Assembly (NCBI GenBank): GCA_030704615.1
Contig: CM060734.1
Location: 18,972,001-19,036,000 of the forward strand
DNA: 64,000 nucleotides
Origin: Takakia lepidozioides
Taxonomy: Eukaryota; Plantae; Bryophyta
Direction of reading: 5' to 3'
The notes under the pieces were generated by a model. That model was given only the letters and a program-made list of their open reading frames with translations. It was not told the DNA's origin and did not search any database. The position numbers and the translations under genes are program-made. Below are positions 12,641 through 23,739 of this stretch, one piece after another; the first letter of the stretch is position 1, and the number at the start of each line of letters is the position of its first letter.

Positions 12641-13402
12641 GGAAATGCAGCACCGCATTTCCATATTGGACCTTGAATTGTCCAAGCATGTCCAATCGCC
12701 AATGCTTGTCCATGTCCGTTTTGGAAATGCGGCACCGCATTTCCATGTCCGTCATCAAATTTTCTTATTGGACAATGGAATGCGGTGCCGCATTTCTGTC
12801 TAGCAAGACGGAATGCCCACACACATTTCCGTCCAAGGGTCTGGAATTGGACAAAATGCGGCGCCGCATTTCCATGTTTGGCAATCGAAAGTTCTTATTG
12901 TGCCGCATTTCCGTCCAGGGGTCTGGAATTGGACAAACAACGATGTCCGTTCTGGAAATGCGGCGCCGCATTTCCATGTACGTCATCAAATTTTCTTATT
13001 GGACAATGGAATGCGGTGCCGCATTCCCGTCCAGAATCATGGAATGCGGAGCCGTAGTTCCGTCGATGGGTCTGAAGTTGGAAAATCGTCCATCTCCAAA
13101 ATGGAAATGCGGCACCGCATTTCCATGTCCGCCATTTAAATAACGTGTTCGACCTCCGCATGCGGGGTGGCATTTCCATTTACCTCCATGGAAGGAGCTG
13201 GCAATCGGCAAAACTGTCGTGTCGAAAACGGAAATGCGGTGCAGCACCGCATTTCCGTTCGTCCGAACAGTTTCTGATGTCCAAACCATGAAACGGAAAT
13301 TGTTCTTGCCCTGGTTTTGGAAATGCGGTGCCGCATTTCCAAACGAGGTTTTTGCAGTTCCCACATTTCCGTTTCGACATGGAAATGCGGTGCCGCATTT
13401 CC
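12641..13402. repeat. Cluster of about ten copies of the 22-bp palindrome GGAAATGCGGYRCCGCATTTCC
   Basis: Copies at 12641, 12723, 12777, 12853, 12954 (perfect), 13008, 13103, 13230, 13319 and 13381. Outliers near 14709, 15952, 29499 (perfect) and 29643. Confidence 0.92.
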
Positions 13403-13538
13403 GATTTTGGGAGGGATGTGGTTTGGACGATGGTGTCGTTGAGAAGCACATGGGAGAGGGGACATGAACGACAGGGAGAATTTCCTTTATATACTCTGGA
13501 AGAGAATTTAAATGTACAGAGAGTTCATTAAAATTCTA

Positions 13539-15871
13539 CTAATATTGAAAATCATCACTATCGTCGTCTTGTCCTTGACTGTCATGCTCCACCTCCACCC
13601 CGTCATTGCCTTTCTCATGTCGAGCGGACTGCTCATTGGCCAGGCTTTCAAAAATCCCATCTTCTCCTTGCGGAACCGACCATCTCACCTCCGTTGGGTC
13701 GTCGTCCTCCCTGTCTGCATCGCTCCCATCCGCTGAATCACATATGAACTTTCGCACCCGTCTACCTGTCTCAGCTGCTACCAACTCTTTCCTTGTCCTT
13801 CTGTCCTCCCTAGCCCTCTCCAAAATCTGCTCTACTTTACTGGGATTCTCACATCGTCTAATCGCTGTATTTGCGAGTTTAGCAGCATAACTAGGAAGGG
13901 AGTAGTCCTTCACCGGGCTCGTCATGAAGTCGGCCCTCGCAAAGAACGGGACATTCGTCCTGGCAGGAAGTGTAGGCCCTACATGTTTCGACCCGGATCC
14001 TGGAATCCTGCACATAACAATCACCCACGAGACCAATGAGAACCACAGTCTGGAAATGCGTTTGACAAAAAATCACCCAGAAGGCTTTGCAAACTTACAA
14101 TGTTTGCACTCACTCGTATTCCAGGTTCTCCTCGGCATCAATGTCCACTGTCTCTTCCTCCGACTCCGACGAATCCGAGGAATCTTTGGCTTCGATGGGA
14201 GCCTTCACATTCCATTGAAGCCCTTCCAGATGGGATCCCCAGATGGATGTGTCCTCCTCGTAGGCAAAGAGGTGCCGGTCGGAAAATCGCCCAGCCCACA
14301 TTGAGGCACCTGTTACAATGCCATCCACTCATTGAAAAATATCCCTTCACACATGGCAAATTTGAACAGAATGAGAATTCACAGAACAACATAGTACAAG
14401 AATCTGCATACCTGTTCCACAGATGAGGTCCAGCACTCTGCCCTCCAGGTCAGTGCATGCCTCCATAATTGTCTGGATGAAGGCAGGGCTCCGAGTCCGT
14501 GAATACCGCAGGGGATCCGTTGAAGTGAGACTATGGGGGAGGAGTTCCTTGGGAATGTTGTTGAACAGGACGTCGTAGTCGATGGGGTTGCAATTCGGGT
14601 CAACCAACAATCCCTCCTTCTGGAAAGCAAAGGTCGAGTTCTCCTTCACAAAGCAGTATGCATCGAACTGCTTTGTCTGCATACACAGTGGGGAACGATT
14701 AGAAATCGAATGCGGCACCGCATTTCAAAACAGGTTACAAAATGAATGGAAGATTGCTAATGTCCTAATTACCTTCTTCCTTTCCGACCAAAGGCCCAAT
14801 GTGTTGATGCACGTCCACTTCTTCTTCAGAATTGGGACGGCGCTCTTGCGGGTCCACTTCGCAATTCCTGTCTCCGTGTTTTTGCCTCTACTCGCCAGGA
14901 CAACCACACAGCCTCTATCGTCCAACACCATGCGGGCGAGCCCAAATCCTTTCTTCCAAAAGTCCTCGGAGTACCTGTTCCAAGATGACAAACCTTGCAG
15001 TCCTTCCACAGGCTCTCCGTCCGGAATATCCAAGATGATCATATCGCAAGACCACTCTGTGGGTTTTCCTCCCCTCTTGCAATCCTTCCCTGCACACACC
15101 TTCTCAAAGAACGAGACCATCTTCAGAAACCCAGGGGTGTCGGAAGGCTCTGCTTCAGCCGCCTTCTTCAGTGCTCTGCCCTTCAGACCCTCCATGGTCT
15201 TGATGTATGCCAACTTGGTTGCCCGTCCGTCCAGAGCCGCCAAGAAACTCTCATTGACACACTGAACTATTGTTTCTGGCTCCACTTTCGGCCTCTTCAT
15301 TTCCACCAGCTCGAAAGGGTGCCCCCCCGGGGGGTTGAAGAGTGCCTTCTTGGCTGAGCCTGTTCTCATCCCTCTTGTGACAACGGTGGGCACAGAGGGT
15401 TTCGGCTGCGTTTCGGGGGAGTGGGCTGGTTTGCCTAGTCTCCATCGTTGTGCTCTTCGTCACCCTCTTCCTGCTCGTCTTCTTCGGTGTCACAACTGCT
15501 GCTCCTTGCTGGCGAGTCCTCTTCTTTGACCCCTTCTGTTGAGCCTGCACAGCTGCATCCACTGTCTTCTGTGCCATCTCAGCTGCCTTTCTGGATTGTT
15601 CCAGAGCAGCAGCGTCCGTTGCCAACTCAGGCCCAGCAGGGACACGTCTTTCCTTTCTCTTCTCCTCCGCTTTTGCGTGCAGATCTTTCTCCGATTCGTC
15701 AACAAGTCCGCCAGACATGTCCAGGTACCACGGACATCCAACGAGATGCGCGGCATGCCATTGTTTCTGCATCTCTGGTAGGTAGACACAGCTTGGTCCC
15801 GGCACGGTCCAAGCCATGAAAAACGGGGGCTCTTGCGCTAGGGCCCCTGTCTTAAGTAGCATGTATTTCAT
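13539..15871 (-). pseudogene. Spliced beta-class N6-adenine/N4-cytosine DNA methyltransferase-like gene with acidic flanking regions
   Basis: CDMIILDIPDG (DPPY-like motif IV), LARMVLDDRGCVVV, then RSPAFIQTIMEACTDLEGRVLDLICGT|GASMWAGRFSDRHLFAYEED (motifs X-I-II). GT-AG introns 14772-14677, 14411-14310 and 14113-14008 all splice in frame. Frameshift(s) near 15400-15500. A probable upstream exon lies at ~27716-27950, beyond the nested retroelement. Confidence 0.72.
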
Positions 15872-15972
15872 ATACGTGCAAGACAGTCAACATGCGTGAG
15901 CACAAGCTATGAGAATGTACTCGTAGAGTGCAACCGAAACGATAAAGTGCTAATGCGGTGCCGCATTTCCCA

Positions 15973-16289
15973 TGTCAAGTTATTTTACCACTAGTGTGAA
16001 ACTAGCTAGGAAATAGCTAGCTTTTACATATTGACATTTGGGATTGGCCCAAGTGTCAATCCAGGGGTCAAGGCAGATTTAGGCCCTGGAGTGGTTATCT
16101 TCACGGCAAGCGCGGAAGGCTCATCTTTCTCGAGTTGAGCCTCACCGCGCCTAGCTATGGCGCCGTAGTGTGGATTCCCCATGGCATGGGGTGCACTTGG
16201 CTTGACTTGTATTTGAGTGATGAGGTTATATATGCATGAGTTTATGCTTCAGATTTGTGAGCTCGTGCTTGTATTCTTCATCTTTATCA
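15973..16289 (+). repeat. Terminal repeat A1 (317 bp, TG...CA)
   Basis: Matches 27199-27515 with about 2 substitutions by eye. Also matches 62787-63113. Confidence 0.95.
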
Positions 16290-16305
16290 CTCGAGAAAGA
16301 TGAGC
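16289..16305 (+). promoter_or_regulatory. Putative self-priming primer-binding site
   Basis: ACTCGAGAAAGATGAGC, directly after repeat A, is the exact reverse complement of 16119-16135 inside A. No TGG-type tRNA PBS is present. Confidence 0.7.
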
Positions 16306-17820
16306 TCGTATCTGTGAATGCCAGATACGAGTTAGTTGTAGCACTTGTGGTTTTTGCTTGAGAATGAGAGAAACCAAGTTGTTATACAAGGAGCACCGTG
16401 GAGCTCTTGGTTGTTAGAAGCGGAGGCGATGTGGGTTACGAGGTGGTAGACCTTGGCATTCGATCTGCAGCTTTAGAGATGAAAGCACCATGTTGCAGGT
16501 AATTCCAGAGCACCTTGATGGTTTCAGATTGTGTACATGCATGAGCAAGCACGATTGGGAAGAGGACCAGTCAAGAGCAGGTTATAGTGGCTTTGGTGGC
16601 AAAACTGAGAACTGGACTTGGGAATGCGAGCTTTCATTGTGTGAAGGATTGCAAGACCAAGCGAAAGGGCTGATTTGGCTTGGGGCAAATCAGTGCACTT
16701 TGTGGAGTATGGTGAGATTGGGTTTCAATCTCGAGCTTCAGCATTGAGAGGGCTCTTGTCATGGCAAGAGCAGGGCTGGAACAGGAACTAAGAGGTGCGG
16801 CAAGGCCATGGAATGTGCACCTAGGGTTTCAGAGCTTGGAAGAAGAGCTCTTGCACCACAAGAGAAGTGTCTTGTGGCTGGAAATGTAAGCCTTAGGGTT
16901 TCAGGAGCTTGGCAAAGGCTGTGGAGTGCTTAGTCTTGTCTTAGAGAGCATCAAGGAGCCAAGGAGCCAAGATAGGGGGCTGATATCTCTTGTGTGAAGA
17001 GGTTGCATGTGTGGAGCATGTATTCAGCTCATTCAAGCTTCCATCTTCAAGCTTGGAGGGCAAGCAAGGAAGAGGGAAGGGCTGACTTCCCTTATGTGAG
17101 GGCAATGCATGTGTGGAGCATGCTATCAGCCTGATGAAGGCTTGCACTTTCAGGTGTGGGAGTGCAAGAAAGGAAGGAAGGGGCCGGTTTCCCTGTAGGG
17201 CATGTGGAGCATGCTTTCAGCCTGCTGAAGTTTGTATTTTCAGGTTTGTGGGTGCAAGAAATGAAGCAAAGGAGCTGATTCTCTTATGGTGAGAGTGGGG
17301 CATGTGTGGAGCATGCCTTCAGCCCATTGAGGCTCTTGTTTTCAAGCTTTAGAGAGCTAGAACGGAAGGTCTAGGGCTGGTTTCCACTTGGAGTGAAAGA
17401 AAAGCACTTGTAGGGCCTATGTGAGTTGGGGTTTCAACTTCAAGCTTGAAGGGAGCGCAACTCTTGAAGCAGCAGGTGTAGGGGGCTGGAATAGGCTCTA
17501 AGACAGATGCTATGGCCAATGAGAGTGCTTGAATGAGTGCTCACAAGGGCTGGGAACCAGCAGGGCTTGGTTGTTTGCCATTGAGTTTAGTGGCGTGTTT
17601 GGGGAGGCTAAGTGAGAAAGAAGGCTTGGTTTGTGGCAACCACCTCATGGCTTAGGGCTACTATGGTGGTGTGTGGGAGCCGAAAGAGCAAGAATACCTT
17701 GCTGATTTCCTCACAGCCGCCATAGCTTGGTGGAAAGAAGCCTAGAGTCCAAGAGACACAAACCCTAGCTTGGCGTGGCTAAACCCCTTGGAGAAATGGC
17801 TAAACTGCCAGAGCGGCCAT

Positions 17821-19140
17821 GGATGGGGCTGTGACGGGCTGTCCTGTGGCCTTGGGGGCTGTGCCGGGCTGCGCCGGTGGCCTTCGGGCTGTGACGGGCT
17901 GTGAGGGCCTGTGACGGGCTGCACCGGTGGCCTTGGGGGCTGTGATGGGCTGTGAGGGGCTGTCACGGGCTGTGCCGGGCTGTGCCAGTGGCCTTCGGGG
18001 CTATGACGGGCTGTGACGGGCTGTGAGAGGCTGTGATATAGGCTGTGCCCGTGGCCTTTGGGGCTGTGATGGGCTGTGAGGGGCTGGGACAGGCTGTGCC
18101 TGAGGCTTTGGGGCTGTGACGGGCTGTGAGGGGCTGTGACAGGCCGTGCCTGAGGCCTTTGGGGCTGTGAGGGGATGTGTCAGGCTGTGGCGGGCTGTGA
18201 CAGGCTGTGCCCTTTGGCCTGTGGGGCTATGACGGGCTATGTGGGCTGTGACAGGCTGTGCCATGTGGCCTGTGGGGCTGTGACAGGTTGTGACAGGCTA
18301 TGCCCTGTGGCCTGTGGGGCTGTGACGGGCTGTGACAGGCTGTGGCGAGCTGTGACGGGTTGTGAGGGGTGCTGTGACAGGCTGTGGCGGGCTGTGACAG
18401 GCTAAGCCAGTGGCCTGTGGGGCTGTGACGGGCTGTGAGGGGCTTTGACAGGCTGTGGCGAGCTGTGATGGGCTGTGAGGGGCTATGACAGGTTGTGGCG
18501 GGCTGTGACAGGCTAAGCCGAGTGGCCTGTGGGGCTGTGAGGGGCTGTGACAGGCTGTGCCCTGTGGCCTGTGGGGCTGTGATGGGCTGTGACAGGCTAT
18601 GGCGAGCTGTGATGGGTTGTGAGGGGATGTGACAGGCTAAGCCCAGTGGCCTGTGGGGCTGTGATGGGCTGTGAGGGGCTGTGACAAGCTGTGGAGGGCT
18701 GTGACAGGCTGTGCCTGTGGCCTGTGGGGCTGTGACGGGCTGTGACAGGCTAAGCCCAGTGGCCTGTGGGGCTGTGAGGGGCTGTGACGGGCTGTGACAG
18801 GCTGTGGCAAGCTGTGACGGGCTGTGATGGGCTTTGCACTTTGGCTTGTGGGGCTGTGATGGGATGTGTGAGGGGCTGTGGCCTTTGGGGCTGTAACCCC
18901 TGTGACCTGTGTAGGGTTGTGATAGGCTGTGCCATGTGGCCCGTGGGGCTGTGACCCCTACGACTTGTGTAGGGCTGTGACAGGCTGTGCCATGTGGCTG
19001 TGGGGCTGTTGTAACGGGCTTGTGAGGGGCTGTGACAGGCTGTGGCCTTTGGGGCTGTGATGGGCTTGTGACAGGCTGCGGCGTGTGGGGGCAGTGACCC
19101 TGTGACCTGTGTAGGGCTGTGGCTGTGTGGGGCTTGTGAC
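17821..19140 (+). repeat. G-rich ~10-bp minisatellite (GGCTGTGACG/GGCTGTGAGG) in the retroelement leader
   Basis: About 1.3 kb of degenerate ggctgtga-core units with higher-order blocks. Confidence 0.95.
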
Positions 19141-19639
19141 GGCTGTGTGACCAGTGATCTGTGTGGGCCTTGTGTTGGTCTGTTGGTGGCCCGTGTTTGA
19201 CCTGTGGACGGCCCGTGCTGACTCGTGGAGGCATTGGTGGACTGCCTAAGGACTGACATGTGGTCTTGAAGGCCGAATTTTGAAGCTCGTGGAGGGCGGT
19301 TGAGGAGTATCTTCATGATATCCCATGGTCATGCAAGTACAGGTGTAGGCTATGTTAGGAACTTAGTATTCCAAACCATAAGCCGCAACAGGTTCTCTAC
19401 CCGGTTACCTTATGGAGGGGGGTAGGGACTGTTCATGACCGGTTGAGTGTCAACACGGAGGTGTCACTAGTTGCTGGGGACAGTGCCGGTTCGAGCACTA
19501 GCAATACTAGTGGGTACACGAGATGAGGTGTGGCGGTTTTAGGCCACTTCACCTCCTATGTCTTCTACAGAAGGTTCTGATTCGGATTGTGAATCAGGAG
19601 GACTTATACCGGCGGTAAAAGTTGTTTCCTTACCATTGT

Positions 19640-21050
19640 TGTGGGACACAATGGAGGAGATGTATGGAGCTACCAAGGGGCCACGAAGGTACTCTGGGCG
19701 GTGGGCACCATCGAGTTGGATGATTTTATCCAAGAGTTTGATAGTTGGGGTGATTTGCAGCAAATGCGCAATCCACAACTATTACGCCTTTCATGGCATG
19801 GAAGGGGCTGTTTCAGCACCTTGAGGGGCCGCCTATGGATGATTACCATGAGTTCAGGCGGGGGCATGAGGTTGAGATCAAGGAGTGGAGGATGTACTGG
19901 TCACCCGACTATGTCTCCATTACTAGGGGTACTAGAGCCACGAGGGGAGGGCAGTGGCTGCACCTGCCGCTGCACTGGCAGCTTCAGCAAGTAGCAGAGG
20001 GACTAGTGGGACTGGTGGTACAATAGCTACGACGTCCACCCAAGCCACTACCGCACCAGCACTAGTACTCGTGCCTGCATTCAACCCTGTTGTGGAGTTC
20101 TCGAAGAGTTGAGAGGAAGTACAAGGGGGGTGAGGACAGAGAAGTTGCGGAGCTTGCAAGAGTTCCAACGGAAGCCGACCGAGAGCTTGAGGGAGGCTTT
20201 CACTCGCATGAGACGCTTGATAAATGTAACCCAAGGGATTACGGAAGCTCAGGCAGTCCAATTCTGGTATGGGATATTGGACAAGGAGCTGAGGAGAAGG
20301 GTGCGGGATGATGCAACTCTCCTACAAGCGGCCCAACCCACCTTAGCAAATGTGTTTTGCTGGTAGAGCGGATAGAGCTCAACATGGTGGAGGAACGAGT
20401 GGTCATGGGGGGATTTGCTAAGGAGACACCACGGGTAGTGGTGCTCCTAGCCAACCACTACCTCAACGTGCTCAAGGCAACAAGGGGGCTTAGGTGAAGC
20501 TCAGGGAAGGGCAGAGAAGACCTCAGATGCAGGGGTCTCTCCCTTCATTTGCTGGCCAACAACGGGCGGATGTGGTGTGCTGGACATGTCGAGGACCCCA
20601 TGTCAAGAATGATTGCCCAGAGGGAGGCAAAGGGCCGGCACATGCATAGCCTGCACAGTTGCAGTGTGGGCATTGTGGCAAGCACGCGCATGGAGGGGCC
20701 CAGTGTTATGGTTTGCATCCTGAGTTGCGCCCAGGCCAGTTCCCAAGGGAACAATGGTGGCCAGGGGCGAGGTGGAGTAGCCCAGAGAGGACGAGGTGGC
20801 CAGCCACGAGGTGCAGGCCAAGGGCAAGCTCAACATGGCCAAGGACGCGGAGGTCAGGGTGTTGACCAAGGCATGGCCAACCGGCTTCAACAGCTAGAGC
20901 AAAGGCTCGTTGCCATGGCTACAACTCAGGTGGTACCGGCTCTAAGGCCGGATGGTCCACCTCCTGCTCCTGAGGGAGGAGAGATATGGGAGGCATGGGA
21001 TTCATGGTGGAGCAGCAGCACTACCACTAGTGCAGGTGGAGTCTGCTGCA
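19640..21050 (+). pseudogene. Retrotransposon Gag with zinc knuckles (frameshifted)
   Basis: ELDDFIQEFDSW, LQEFQRKPTESLREAFTRMRRL (gag-like), CWTCRGPHVKNDC and CGHCGKHAHGGAQC (CCHC), and a Gly/Gln/Arg-rich tail. Confidence 0.8.
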
Positions 21051-21629
21051 GCCGTGACTCGAGGAGCAGCACGAGGTGCAGAGGTGGAGTTGGATCCACA
21101 GCGTAGGGAGGCAAGCCGTCAGGCTAGGTTCCTCAGTCATTCACATTGGCGGAGACAGTGTCGACGCCATCCATGGCACCTAGTTCTCGCCCGACTGTTA
21201 CCGAGGCGGAGGTTACTATGCCATTAGGAGAGCTACACGGGTAGCACCACTACCTAGTGTTGCCAAGGCTACGGCAGCTAGTGTGCTGCTAGGAGCGGCC
21301 ACATCTGTGTGCCAGGCTCCATTGTTCTCGGCTACCATGATTGCGACGCCGGGGGTAAGACCAGCTGAGGTGTTCAGGTGGCAGCTACACCTGGAGAGGG
21401 AGTGGGGAGATTACTTCATCTCTGCGGAGATAGTGGGAGGTGTAGTGCCGGAGGGATCCTCGGATTTGAGGGTCAAGACTGCCACGGCGGCGCCATGGCA
21501 AGCTGCAGCTGCCAGGTTGATGGAGCTGTCAGCTAGGCCATTGAGCGGCCATGGTGACACCTGGAGTTGTCAGTTAGACAACCAGGATGGCATTTTCTGT
21601 TTGAGTGGACCGGCAGGCAAGAGGTTACC

Positions 21630-21970
21630 GGCCACTGCGGGTCTTGTTGGACTCGGGAGCTCAGCCATTGATGTTGGGCAGAGCTGCTATTGCAGGCTTG
21701 GGCCTCACGGAGGCGGATATGGAGCCTTGTCCTTTCCAGATATAGACGTCTCTGGGAGGATCGGAGCAGGCTCGGGGCATGAAACGGCGTGTGAGTGGCT
21801 ATCAGACTACGACCGGATCACCCTATAGATGGCTCAGTGATGCGAGTCAAGGCCATTGTGACAGACGCGGTCTCATACGATGTCCTGGTTGGTGGGGCAG
21901 TGTTGTACCCCATGGGCTTCACCCTGGATTTTTGGGAGGAGTCAGCTTCCTATAGGCCTGCATGGCAGTC
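21630..21970 (+). pseudogene. Retropepsin aspartic protease
   Basis: RVLLDSGAQPLMLG at ~21640-21680 and YDVLVGGAVL at ~21876-21905. Confidence 0.8.
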
Positions 21971-22357
21971 AGGGGAGGGCCAGCGTGAGCAGCTCCATGT
22001 GACGTTCATAGGAGGAGTTGCGGTTGCCCAGCGAGGAAGATGCCGACACTAGCAGCATTCACAGCGGCAGTGAGTTGGCCTAGAGAGTTGCTTGAGGGCA
22101 ACGCCATTCAGAGGATGTGCCACCTCTGGAGAGCAGGATGACATGTATGGTATGGCGGAGTTGCCTACCATGGTTGCTCAGACTCCATTGTGGGGCACGA
22201 GCAAGGATTTGCAGCGGGATGCTAATCAACGGGTGCAACAAGCTTGGGTGGAGGCTTTTGTACCGTCAGGAGAGGAGGAGAGTGCGGGGATTGACCAGGA
22301 CCACCTCAGTGTCTCCATTGGACCACCGCACCTATGTGGTGGCAGTATCCGGATGAA

Positions 22358-23300
22358 GACATTTGTCTTCTGGACTTGTTTGGCGGGATCAGCACCGATT
22401 GGCTGCTGTGTTACAGGCAGGTGTACGAGTTGGGCGTTACCTGTATGTGGAGAGGGATGATGACTGCACGACGCATTTCACTTCGCCATGTTGCTCAGTT
22501 GGTGCAGCGGTACCCTGAGTTGTTGTCGGTGTCTGCAATTCGTGGATATTAGCAGCCTTGCCAGCAGACATTTCATTGCTAGGGGCGCAGGATTTGGAGC
22601 AGGTTGGCTCCATTGATCTGGTAGTGGCAGGTGGCCCCTGCCAAGGGCATTCATCAGCCGGGCATGGCAATGGATTGCGAGACTCAAGGTTGGGTTTGTT
22701 TGGGAGATGGTGGTGGTTTTGCGCCACTTGCAGCTTCATCAAGCTGTATCTCAGCATACATCTTGGAGAATGTGCCATTATGGGCGATTCTCGGGCCAGG
22801 GTGATGGCGAGTGTGCATCAAGTCTGGTCGTGGCTTGGGTCAGCAGTGTGTGCTAGATGCAGCTACAGGGGGGTCACGGGCTCATCGTCCACGACTATGG
22901 TGGACTAAACTTGATGCCACACGCACTGCTCACGTGTCATTTGATGGGGTTTTGCAGCGGCCAGCACATCTCACATTTGGATAACATTTAGACACAGGGA
23001 GGCAGTCTCAGCGTGTGAGACACGATGACCGTTCGCCTTTGGCAGTGGTCAACAAGGGGGTCAACCACGAGCAGCATTACCTACACTGCTCAGCTTCCCA
23101 GGATCGCATGCTTTCCGGGATAGTGGACCTGGCCTCTTGTGGGATGCTCAGTTGCAGCAGTAGTGGAGCCTAATGCGACAAGCGTGAGCGGGGCAATGGG
23201 TTTTACCACTGGTACCACGGCGGTGTCGTATCTTTCTGAGGCATCACGTCGTCAAGTGTTGGGGCAAGCAATGGATCTCAATTGCTTGACCTGGATTATC
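22358..23300 (+). pseudogene. DNMT3-like C5-cytosine DNA methyltransferase domain within the retroelement polyprotein
   Basis: Motif I LLDLFGGI (22367-22390), II YLYVERD, IV DLVVAGGPCQGHS (PCQ 22636-22644), VI YILENV (ENV 22766-22774), VIII DAA..SRAHRPRLWWT(N)L, IX-X ERAMGF..GTT..LSEASRRQVLGQAM. Several frameshifts and a stop. Confidence 0.9.
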
Positions 23301-23739
23301 AGCTTGGCTCTGGTATGAGCAACGCAGGTGCAGAGTACACTTCCCTCAATGGTCTCTCTGCCTACCGAGACGGTACAGGCAGTGAGTGGGGGCGAGCATG
23401 TGAGGACCACGGGGGCATGCATCCATGGCACATGTGGGAGGTGCTCGAGGTTCAGAGGGAGTTGGCAGCCAAGGCGGCTGTGATGGATGAGGTTGGGGAT
23501 TCTTCTGGGTTGGGGAGGTCCTCAAGGATGAGATGATGGGGCAGGATGAGGATTGTCATTGTCATGACTGAGCAGGCAGGGGAGTACTGTTCAAGAGGTT
23601 GCAACATAGCAAACCACTGGACGCGTCCTCTACCTCTAAGCCACTGGACTTAAGATTGCAGTTACGGAGGACAATGGGGAGCCTGACATTGGACCCATTG
23701 TCACCGGAGGAGAGAGACGACGTATACGGCGGTTCTGAG

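Noticed and set aside
12641-13402. Palindromic repeats with spacers resembling a CRISPR array
   Set aside because: Spacing is irregular, spacers are themselves duplicated, the context is a eukaryotic TE and there are no cas genes.
12550-13467. Many overlapping ORFs with repeated MRRRIS/CGAAF/NAAPHF peptides
   Set aside because: Artefacts of the 22-bp palindrome read in six frames.
17742-19316. Long ORFs on the minus strand (e.g. 18227-19234, 335 aa)
   Set aside because: They are translations of the minisatellite: low complexity with no domain.
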